NCBI GenBank assembly: GCA_963703315.1
Contig: OY969811.1
Span: forward strand, 992,001 to 1,056,000
Length of the DNA: 64,000 nucleotides
DNA from: an uncultured cyanobacterium
GTDB taxonomy: Bacteria; Cyanobacteriota; Cyanobacteriia; Pseudanabaenales; Pseudanabaenaceae
Direction of reading: 5' to 3'
The notes below the pieces were generated by a model. The model did not search any database. It was not told the DNA's origin and saw only the letters and a program-made list of their open reading frames with translations. A program made the translations under genes and the position numbers. Position 1 is the stretch's first letter. Each line of letters begins with the position of its first letter. This document shows, piece after piece, positions 52,894 to 61,078 of the stretch.

Positions 52894-53754
52894 ATGAGTT
52901 TATCCATGATTGAAAGTTTACCAATTTTATTAAGTATAGTTTTTACGATCGCCTCACCTAATAACGCACAAACTCTCGCTCAAAAAACTGATACTACTCC
53001 CAAAATCACATTTCAATCACAGTTTTCGCGAAATCTTGATAAAAATTTCCAAGAAGCAAAATCTGAGGGTTGTTTTGTTTTGTATGACTTGAAGCGCGAT
53101 CGCTATATTCGCTATAACCCTAAGCGCTGTCAAAAGCGATTTATCCCTGCATCGACATTTAAGATATTTAACTCATTGGTTGCCCTAGAAACTAAAGCGA
53201 TCGCCGATGAAAACACAGTAATTGCATGGGATGGAGTCAACCGTCGATTTCCTTTGTGGAATCAAGATCAAAATCTGCGAACCGCTTTTACGCGATCGGT
53301 AGTTTGGTTTTATCAAGATTTAGCACGAAGGATTGGTACTGAAAGGATGACTAAGTATATCCAATTTGCTAATTATGGCAATCAAGATATCGCGGATAAG
53401 ATTGATTCTTTTTGGCTAAATGGCAAGCTCAGAATTTCACCAGAGGAACAAATAAAGTTTTTAGTCAGACTTTATCAAGAAGATTTGCCTTTCTCTTCTG
53501 CGGTGATGAAGACGGTTAAAGACATCATGATCATTGAGCGTCAAGATAGTTACACCCTTAGAGGTAAAACTGGCTGGGCTACAGATGTTGAAGGTGTAAA
53601 AAATATTGCTTGGTATGTTGGTTATCTGGAAAGAGATAACAATGTTTATTTCTATGCCTTAAATTTTGAAAATCAAGATCCTAATTTTGACCTGATTCCT
53701 ATTCGTAAAAAGATTTTATTTGATACTTTTAAAGATTTACAACTTGTCGATTAA
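52894..53754 (+). CDS. Class D (OXA-like) beta-lactamase
   Basis: PASTFK, SVVWFY (SxV), YGN, FWL, GKTGW. Confidence 0.88.
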   Translation: MSLSMIESLPILLSIVFTIASPNNAQTLAQKTDTTPKITFQSQFSRNLDKNFQEAKSEGCFVLYDLKRDRYIRYNPKRCQKRFIPASTFKIFNSLVALETKAIADENTVIAWDGVNRRFPLWNQDQNLRTAFTRSVVWFYQDLARRIGTERMTKYIQFANYGNQDIADKIDSFWLNGKLRISPEEQIKFLVRLYQEDLPFSSAVMKTVKDIMIIERQDSYTLRGKTGWATDVEGVKNIAWYVGYLERDNNVYFYALNFENQDPNFDLIPIRKKILFDTFKDLQLVD

Positions 53755-53842
53755 AAAATCTATGGCACACGCTGCGCGTGTGTCATAGCTAAGTTAGATT
53801 TAGAGGTGTGACATCACAAAGTGATGTCACACCTCTTAGGTT

Positions 53843-55321
53843 TTAAGCCAATTTATCAGCAATCAATTTATTAGTTGATTGGGGTTCGGCACGTCCTTGA
53901 GTTTGCTTCATCACCTTACCAACAAAAAAGCCTAAAAGCTTAGTCTTACCAGCCTTGTACTGCTCGACTTCTTTAGGATTAGCGGCGATCACTTCATCAA
54001 TGATTTTCTCTAATTCTGCACCTGCGAGAACAGTTAGCCCCTTAGATGCAACCAAATCTTTGACGGAGCCACCTTTGACGATTAATTCAGGCAAAATATC
54101 CTTAGCAATTTTGCTGCTGATTGTGCCGTCAGAAATGAGCATTATCATTTCTCCTAAAATCGCAGGAGTCAGAGCGATGTCCGCAATTTTGAGTTTGTTC
54201 TCATTCAGGTAGGCGGTAATGTCGCCCATCACCCAGTTAAAGACTTGCTTTGGTTCTGCATCTGTGAGAATCGTGGCATCAAAGAACTCAGCAATACTGC
54301 GATCGTCCGCAATCAAAGCGGCATCGTAGGGAGTCAAGCCAAACTCATTGCGATAGCGATGACGTTGCGCCGCAGGTAGCGTGGGAAGTTCTGAACGATA
54401 GCGTTCTAGGGTGCTTAATGGAACCTCGATCGCCATTAGGTCTGGCTCAGGGAAATAGCGATAGTCACTGGCTCCTTCTTTGGAACGCATACTAATCGTG
54501 CGTTGAGAATTTTCTTCCCAAAGACGAGTTTCTTGTTTGATTGTTTCACTACCAGATTCGATCGCTTCTACTTGACGATTAATTTCAAAATCGATTGCCC
54601 GTTGAATTGCATTGAAGGAATTCATGTTTTTGATTTCCACCTTCGTGCCGAACTGCTCGCGCCCAACGGGTCGCACAGAAATATTCACATCACAACGTAG
54701 CGAACCTTCTTGCATATTGCCATCGCAAACACCGAGATAGCGCATAATCCGTCGTAGTTCTTGGGCATAAGCGGCTGCCTCTGCACCCGATCGCATATCT
54801 GGTTCAGAGACAATTTCACATAGAGGCACACCTGTACGATTGAAATCTACTAGCGAGTGACTGGAACCTGAAAGGCGATCGCTACCGCCATGTACTAACT
54901 TGCCTGCATCTTCTTCCATGTGCAAGCGAGTAATGCCAATGCGTTTGGTCGTGCCATCTTCCAATTGGATTTCGAGCCAACCATGCTCAGCGATCGGCAA
55001 ATCGTATTGTGAGACTTGATAGTTTTTGGGAAGATCGGGATAAAAATATTGTTTGCGATCAAATTTGCTATGGGGGGCAATTTGACAATTTAAGGCGAGT
55101 CCAGCTTTGACTGCATATTCCAAAACTTTTTCGTTCAGCACAGGCAACACCCCCGGCATTCCTAGACAAACAGGGCAAACATTGGTATTTGGGGTTGCGC
55201 CAAACTGGGTTGAACAGTTACAAAATATCTTGGAGTTCGTGGTCAACTGGCAGTGAGTTTCTAGTCCAATGACAGCTTCGTATTGTGTTTTGGTTGTTGT
55301 CTTGGTGGCGGTTGCAGTCAT
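53843..55321 (-). CDS. gatB: Asp/Glu-tRNA amidotransferase subunit B
   Basis: IGLETHCQL, YFYPDLPK, MEEDAGK, LRCDVN, DYRYFPEPD; probable ATG at 55321. Confidence 0.96.
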   Translation of the reverse strand: MTATATKTTTKTQYEAVIGLETHCQLTTNSKIFCNCSTQFGATPNTNVCPVCLGMPGVLPVLNEKVLEYAVKAGLALNCQIAPHSKFDRKQYFYPDLPKNYQVSQYDLPIAEHGWLEIQLEDGTTKRIGITRLHMEEDAGKLVHGGSDRLSGSSHSLVDFNRTGVPLCEIVSEPDMRSGAEAAAYAQELRRIMRYLGVCDGNMQEGSLRCDVNISVRPVGREQFGTKVEIKNMNSFNAIQRAIDFEINRQVEAIESGSETIKQETRLWEENSQRTISMRSKEGASDYRYFPEPDLMAIEVPLSTLERYRSELPTLPAAQRHRYRNEFGLTPYDAALIADDRSIAEFFDATILTDAEPKQVFNWVMGDITAYLNENKLKIADIALTPAILGEMIMLISDGTISSKIAKDILPELIVKGGSVKDLVASKGLTVLAGAELEKIIDEVIAANPKEVEQYKAGKTKLLGFFVGKVMKQTQGRAEPQSTNKLIADKLA

Positions 55322-55488
55322 AACGGGTGCTTTTGAGATGCTTTTTGGCAAATATATCTAGTGCGTTAAATTGTAATGCTTTTAACTACAATCTTGCTTA
55401 ACTATTATAGCGATCGCGCTTACTCGTAATGCGTCCACATCCTGATTATTTTAAGTTTTTGCTGTGAAAAATTACTAAAAGTGGGCTA

Positions 55489-56004
55489 TTAATCAAATAA
55501 GAATGGTTTGACAAATAAAATCATCCGCTTTAGTTCCTCTTCGTTATGTTTGAGAAGATTATGTCCCCATGTTCTATTTGTATTTTCAGCACAATCTTTA
55601 GCAAGAGATTCTCCAATTGATTCAAAACTTAGTTTCATTTCACTTCTTAACTTCTCTGGTGCAGTCCGCGATCCAAGAATAAATACCCGTTCTTGTAAAT
55701 CCTCTGGAACTTGGCTCTTGATATAACTCAATCGCTCTTGATAGTTCGATTTATTTGGATCATTATAATCATCAAAATCAATAAGCAAGACTATCATCCT
55801 TTTTGTAAATATTCGCATTGCAGAAACATGATTCTTTGTGAAATTATCTACAACTTTTCCCCATCCACCAGATGGGCGCTCAACCTGAATCGCTCTGGAA
55901 TAAAGATCGAGAATATTATTGAATCCGTTAGCAATTTCCTCATTAGCACGGTCTTCGGGTAGCACCAGAATATGTTGAACATATGGATTATTTTTATTTC
56001 TCAT
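55489..56004 (-). CDS. Hypothetical protein, TOPRIM-like partner of the ABC ATPase
   Basis: ILVLPED, GGW.KV, LLIDFD acidic motifs; 4-nt overlap with the ATPase. Confidence 0.6.
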   Translation of the reverse strand: MRNKNNPYVQHILVLPEDRANEEIANGFNNILDLYSRAIQVERPSGGWGKVVDNFTKNHVSAMRIFTKRMIVLLIDFDDYNDPNKSNYQERLSYIKSQVPEDLQERVFILGSRTAPEKLRSEMKLSFESIGESLAKDCAENTNRTWGHNLLKHNEEELKRMILFVKPFLFD

Positions 56005-57164
56005 AATTCTATGTCGCCACGAATCAACGTATCTACAAGATCGCCATTGATAGGGATATCGCTAAGCATCCTAATTAATGTTGGTTCTAAATGACTTTTG
56101 CGATCAAGTATAAAGGTGTTTTCATTGGAGAACTTGCGGATTGCTTCTTCATTATGCGAAGTTACTAAAATCTGACCACTATTCTTAAATGAGCGTCGTA
56201 AGGTTGTAATAAAATGCCCTACCTCTGATAGAGAAAGATAGTTGTCAGGCTCATCCCAGAAACAAAAAGGCTCATAGTACTTATTTGCGGCTAGGACGAC
56301 AGCACAGAGAAAAAAGCATTTTTCCCCATCCGATAAATCTTTAAAATCAACACTCAGTTCTGCATTATTTGCTTCAAACCGAACAATCATGTTTTTAGCA
56401 TCTTTGCCGATCTTTTCGTTCTGAAAATCTTCAATATCAGGCATAACTTCTCGAAGATATCTATCAGCTTGCGTGTAAGCGGCGGGGTAACGACTAAGTA
56501 ATCCAGAGAACCATTCCCCAAAATTTGAACCATCTCGCTTTGGCTCCAAAGTTTCACCACTAGACTCTCCTGTCATCAAGCTTGGAATTGGAGCTAAAAT
56601 GATCATGCGAGATAGCCAATTCCTGAAAATATAAAGTGGATCTTTCTCTGATTGCACCTGAATTAATGGAAGAGCTACAAGATGCCAATCCGCTTGAAAC
56701 ATAAATTGGCTAGGCAATGGCAATTGGTTAGACAAACTGGCCATCCGATAGCCTTGAGATGTCCGAGATTGAATATTGTTAGGGAAAAGTTTGACTTGGG
56801 CTGCTTCACGCAAATAAACTGGATTTCCTGCAACGAGTAATTGTTCTTCAAATACACAAATTTCTTTGGAATTATCTGACAACGCGAATGCAAGAACGTA
56901 CTTGTATAATTGATCTTTAAGTAATACTTCTATTTCAAACCGAATTGGAACATCATACCTACCGCGATTAAAGTCATTAGTCTGTATAAGTTGACCAACT
57001 CTATTGATACCACGACCAATACTTTGTAATATTTCTAATGCAAAAGCAATAGTCGATTTACCTGCACCATTTTTGCCAATTAGAAGAGACGAGGGGAGAT
57101 CCTTTAAATTTAACTCAAAGTTCTCCAAGCATCTGAAATTATGTACATATAGTCTTTGAAGCAT
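56001..57164 (-). CDS. AAA_21-type ABC ATPase
   Basis: MLQRLYVHNFRCLENF (ATG 57164), GKNGAGKS, LSDGE, WDEPDNYL, TSH. Confidence 0.85.
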   Translation of the reverse strand: MLQRLYVHNFRCLENFELNLKDLPSSLLIGKNGAGKSTIAFALEILQSIGRGINRVGQLIQTNDFNRGRYDVPIRFEIEVLLKDQLYKYVLAFALSDNSKEICVFEEQLLVAGNPVYLREAAQVKLFPNNIQSRTSQGYRMASLSNQLPLPSQFMFQADWHLVALPLIQVQSEKDPLYIFRNWLSRMIILAPIPSLMTGESSGETLEPKRDGSNFGEWFSGLLSRYPAAYTQADRYLREVMPDIEDFQNEKIGKDAKNMIVRFEANNAELSVDFKDLSDGEKCFFLCAVVLAANKYYEPFCFWDEPDNYLSLSEVGHFITTLRRSFKNSGQILVTSHNEEAIRKFSNENTFILDRKSHLEPTLIRMLSDIPINGDLVDTLIRGDIEL

Positions 57165-57216
57165 AAAAAACTTTTCCGATAAAGCCGAATGAGTATTAAA
57201 GTATTTTACAAGATCG

Positions 57217-57244
57217 GCGATCGCGCCATAATTTCCCAATTCAC
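57217..57244 (-). pseudogene. Stub of a YoeB/Txe-like toxin start, cut at HIP1
   Basis: GTG overlapping the YefM stop, reading VNWEIM, then GCGATCGC at 57217-57224. Confidence 0.45.
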
Positions 57245-57483
57245 CATTCTAATGTCTCACTACATTCACTAATGGGAGTAGCTAAACCTTCCACAATTGA
57301 AGCTCCCACTTCGGGAATTGAGAGTAAATAGATTGTTTCTTGAATACCTTTCCAATCTTCTTCGGAGACTAGGAAAGCATTAGAGGTAGTTCCTGAAATT
57401 AGGATAGGCTCATGAGACTGTGTAACTTCATTTATCAGATCTTGGAGTTTCACTTGAGCTTCGGTGAAAGGTACTATTGACAT
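57241..57483 (-). CDS. Phd/YefM family antitoxin
   Basis: LINEV..SHEPILI, LVSEEDWKGIQETIYLLSIP, IVEGLATP. Confidence 0.85.
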   Translation of the reverse strand: MSIVPFTEAQVKLQDLINEVTQSHEPILISGTTSNAFLVSEEDWKGIQETIYLLSIPEVGASIVEGLATPISECSETLEW

Positions 57484-57532
57484 TAGCAAATTTTTTTGAC
57501 TTGTATATTAGGAGTGTGTTCTTACAGAAAAT

Positions 57533-58243
57533 TTATTGCGGTTGAATGTTTTTCATAATTTCCTGTTTCCAAACATCAAATGTAGTTTCCCTCAATTCGT
57601 CTGGAGCATATGGATTTAGCTGATGCTCTCTAAATTGAATCCAAAGATAAAAATCTTTCATAACACTAAAATGTGTATCAATTATTTCGCCAATAGGTAT
57701 TGTTCTATTATTCTTGATATACTCTTTCACATTTGAAGACCAATTGAAATCTTCAATATTTTGAGAATAAAACTCAAATGAGAAGCCTCCTTGAAACGAA
57801 GGACTTTCTGATTCTAATAAAGAATCATCTATTCTGACCATCTTAAATTGCAGTGTCGGAATTGGGACTTTTTTATGTTGTACATATCTACGCAAATCTT
57901 TGATAAAAGTGTTTTCAAAAGTATTTTTTAATTGGCTAGATAGTTTGTCTTCATACTCAGTGGCAAATTTTTGAATTTCAGCTAAATTATTTCCCTTTAA
58001 TTTTTCATTAACTCTACGACTATGATCTACAAGGGACAACCAAGCTGCCGCATAGTTATGTATAAGGCGAGCTATTTCACGACCACCACCTATATGTAAA
58101 TTTATTTGTCTCTCACCATCAAATAAAAATTCATCACTATTTGTAGCTTCGGCATATATCTCAAGTGTTCTTTTAAAATCTATGTAGTTACCTTCAAAAA
58201 TGTAGAAGCTATAAAAAATAACTGAGAAAAAGTTTTCTTCCAT
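57533..58243 (-). CDS. Hypothetical protein with a HEPN-like RxxxxH motif
   Basis: Helical-looking; RLIHNY...SLVDH and DLRRYVQH; AT-rich and HIP1-free. Confidence 0.55.
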   Translation of the reverse strand: MEENFFSVIFYSFYIFEGNYIDFKRTLEIYAEATNSDEFLFDGERQINLHIGGGREIARLIHNYAAAWLSLVDHSRRVNEKLKGNNLAEIQKFATEYEDKLSSQLKNTFENTFIKDLRRYVQHKKVPIPTLQFKMVRIDDSLLESESPSFQGGFSFEFYSQNIEDFNWSSNVKEYIKNNRTIPIGEIIDTHFSVMKDFYLWIQFREHQLNPYAPDELRETTFDVWKQEIMKNIQPQ

Positions 58244-58473
58244 TTGGCTATCCTCAAAATCAATTTATACTCACGACTGTTTATAGATTATTTCTTCCAT
58301 ACGAGCGATCGCACTCAAATTTAAACTTCTCCTTGCTGGGAATAATTTGACTGCACCCATTCACGAAATTATTCTAGGATTTTACTTTCGTCTAAGAGCG
58401 ATCGCCTTTTTTAGCAATTATGTTTAGAGATTAGAAGCTGCGAGTCTCTTTGCTCGTTCTCTGAGACTACAAC

Positions 58474-58585
58474 GTTTCCAATCAATCGAGTCACCTAGTG
58501 AGTAAGGAATAGAGCCACGTCTTTTTTGCTGCTCCTTAAGGACACGGCGTTTCCAATTGAGTGAGTCATTTAGTGAATAGGGTGC
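58474..58585 (-). CRISPR. Orphan degenerate CRISPR-like mini-array (2 repeats; possible third at about 58622-58657)
   Basis: ~37-nt repeats at 58474-58510 and 58549-58585, 26 of the first 34 nt identical, 38-nt interval. Minus-strand 3' ends ATTGATTGGAAAC and CTCAATTGGAAAC. No cas genes in the window. Confidence 0.65.
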
Positions 58586-58831
58586 ATAGCTGATGGGATA
58601 TCTCAATATTTTACTCATGGTTTTTCCAAATTAGTTGAGCTAGGCTGGTTGATAAGTCTTGAAACTATTTTAGCTTGTAAATCAAAAACCAAGAAGCGAG
58701 TTGCGACACAAAGCGCCGCCACTCGCCTCTTGGTTTTTTTGATGGCGATCGCGATAGAATAGACTTGAGACTACCTACAAGCGACAAAATTAAAATCTCT
58801 ATAATTTCGCTTTTGTCATAATAGTAGACCC

Positions 58832-60124
58832 ATGAGTTACTCACCTGCGGAACCAAATATTCTGAGCCGTCGCTACGAACTACCGACTTGTCTGCTAGAG
58901 GTCTGGGCAGAGCGATCGCCTCTATCGGATTGGCAATCTCAAATCGTGGCTCAAAATTTGCGCTTTCGATTGCAGTTAGACCATAACCGCAAAATTATTA
59001 AGGGTAATCAACAACAAATCGTCAACTTGATTGAAGCAGTCACCGCATACTGCGATCGCTGGATTGCTCAAGATAGTTTTGACTCTCTCAATCATGCTAT
59101 CGAAGTTCCCAAACTACCAAAACTCAGGCTCTCAACTTTACAATTATTTGACCTATACGAAAGTCTAGAACTCTGTGCTAGCGAATTAGTGATTTTGCCT
59201 AACTTAGTTCTGGAGGTGCGTCGTTTTAGTCCCAACTGGCTAAAAATCATTGCAGGTGCGATCGCCATAGTGGGAATCAGCTTTGGGGCAATTCGGATGA
59301 TTTCCCGTGATCAGCCTAGTTTTCAAGTTGCTTCTACTCCCGCCGCTTCATCTCCTGAACAAGCGAATAGTCTTCCACCCAATAACTTAGAAAGATCAGA
59401 AAGCACTGCTAAAGAACCTGCAAGAATTGCTGATTCTTCAAAATCTGCAAATGCCCCAACTGCTCCTAAGATGGCGATACCAGCAAAGCCTAACGCTTCT
59501 ATTCCCAATTCTAATTCTCCACAGCCTTCTCAAAATATTGATCGCGAAGGTAAAAAACGTGAAGGCATGGATAAAGTAGCGATCGCTCCAGATACAACTA
59601 ATACGACCGAGACTTATTCACGTAACGATCAAAAAACTGCACCTCAGCAACTTCCCTCTATTATTGGCGGTGTAGCCAGTTCATCATCACGCCAATCAAG
59701 ACCTTTAGAATCTCCCAACAAAGATGCTTTGTCATCACCAGAAGTTAACACCGAAATGGCAAAGCCATCGCCTTCTAGTCCGACAAAAATCATAGTTCCT
59801 TCTGCTGTTATGCGTTCTCGTAATGCTGATGTTGTGGGGACTACGAATATTAAAGTTCTCCAGATCCAAACAGAATTGCCCTCAGATGTTTCTACATCTT
59901 TAGTGCGTTATATCCAACTACAACCTATTCAGAAATCTGCAACAGGCGTGATCGTTTTAGATCTAGAGATGTCAGGCGATCGCATTCTGAATATAGCAAC
60001 CGACGATCAAGGCTCAACCTTAAAGGATGAAAAGGCGATCGCCGACTTAGAAAAACTAATTCGGGCATGGCGATCTCCGCATCCAGTCACAGGCAAAATT
60101 CGCTTAGTCTTGCAACTTTTGTAA
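58832..60124 (+). CDS. DUF4335-like membrane-anchored protein
   Basis: RRYELPTCLLEV, LSTLQLFDL..L, one TM helix, Pro/Ser-rich linker. Confidence 0.7.
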   Translation: MSYSPAEPNILSRRYELPTCLLEVWAERSPLSDWQSQIVAQNLRFRLQLDHNRKIIKGNQQQIVNLIEAVTAYCDRWIAQDSFDSLNHAIEVPKLPKLRLSTLQLFDLYESLELCASELVILPNLVLEVRRFSPNWLKIIAGAIAIVGISFGAIRMISRDQPSFQVASTPAASSPEQANSLPPNNLERSESTAKEPARIADSSKSANAPTAPKMAIPAKPNASIPNSNSPQPSQNIDREGKKREGMDKVAIAPDTTNTTETYSRNDQKTAPQQLPSIIGGVASSSSRQSRPLESPNKDALSSPEVNTEMAKPSPSSPTKIIVPSAVMRSRNADVVGTTNIKVLQIQTELPSDVSTSLVRYIQLQPIQKSATGVIVLDLEMSGDRILNIATDDQGSTLKDEKAIADLEKLIRAWRSPHPVTGKIRLVLQLL

Positions 60125-60194
60125 GTAGCTAGTTGCAATGAAATATAAAGTGGGATGGGCATATTGCCCATCAAAATCCTAGAAGCCTGTTCTA

Positions 60195-61040
60195 CTAATC
60201 TTTCTGAAGAGACTCCAAACGTTTTATGTCAGTAATATCTCGGATTGTCACCGTAAAGCCATCTCCTAACTTAACTAAAGTGACTTGATACCAACCCGTA
60301 GGTTCTAAAGAGTAGTATAGTTCTTCGTCATAGGAAGCGCCTGTCTCCACGACCTTGACCAACTCTGCAAATAGTTGGGGATTAAATCTTTCGAGAAATC
60401 TTCTGAGAACTAATTTGCCAATTAAATCTTCGCGGCTACGATCTAAAAGGCGGGCAATCACGGGATTTACCACAAGACATCGAAAGTCCATAATGTCTCC
60501 CGTATTGGGATCACGGACGGCTTGCATTGCCGCAATTCCATCCTTGATGCTATTAAGAACACTCGTAACTAATGCTCTAGATTGATATAGCATTTCCTCA
60601 GTTTCTTTATGTCTAGCAATTTCGCTTTGCAGGGCAATCTTTTGACGTTGAATTGTTAGTTGATTCTCTAGACGCACTACCACCTCTTCACTTTGAAATG
60701 GCTTAGAAATATAGTCAACTCCCCCTGACCAAAAAGCCTTGACCTTATCAAAGACATCATCTAAGGCGCTGATAAAAATTACGGGAATATCTCGCAAATC
60801 TTCATCCTCTTTGAGGGCTTGACAGACTTGATAGCCATCCATTTCTGGCATTTTAATGTCCAAGAGAATCAGATCTGGACGTTTTGCTTTTGCCGTTTTT
60901 AGAGCCATCCGTCCACTAGTGACACTACGGACGGTATATCCAAGAGTAAGCAATAAATCACTAAGTAGTTGTAAATTTTCGGGTAAATCGTCTACTAAAA
61001 GGATATTGCCTGTTAGTTCCAGCGAGGGATTGTAGCTCAT
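60195..61040 (-). CDS. Response regulator: receiver plus PAS-like domain, no output domain
   Basis: ILLVDD, LLDIKMPEMDG, DYISKPF; C-terminal VNP..ARLL...VKLGDG...RDITD. Confidence 0.85.
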   Translation of the reverse strand: MSYNPSLELTGNILLVDDLPENLQLLSDLLLTLGYTVRSVTSGRMALKTAKAKRPDLILLDIKMPEMDGYQVCQALKEDEDLRDIPVIFISALDDVFDKVKAFWSGGVDYISKPFQSEEVVVRLENQLTIQRQKIALQSEIARHKETEEMLYQSRALVTSVLNSIKDGIAAMQAVRDPNTGDIMDFRCLVVNPVIARLLDRSREDLIGKLVLRRFLERFNPQLFAELVKVVETGASYDEELYYSLEPTGWYQVTLVKLGDGFTVTIRDITDIKRLESLQKD

Positions 61041-61078
61041 GGATTAATTTTGCAGCTTGCAAGGAGCGCCGAGCGCTA

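Noticed and set aside
58437..58548. Self-targeting of the 'spacers' within the window
   Set aside because: Only short chance matches seen by eye (for example AAGGAGCAG in hypD).
58424..58618. 64-aa ORF with repeated ..WKR motifs
   Set aside because: The periodicity comes from translating the CRISPR-like repeats; likely a shadow ORF.
55489..60124. A complete CRISPR-Cas system around the mini-array
   Set aside because: No Cas1, Cas2, Cas6, Cas10 or RAMP-like motifs recognised in neighbouring ORFs.
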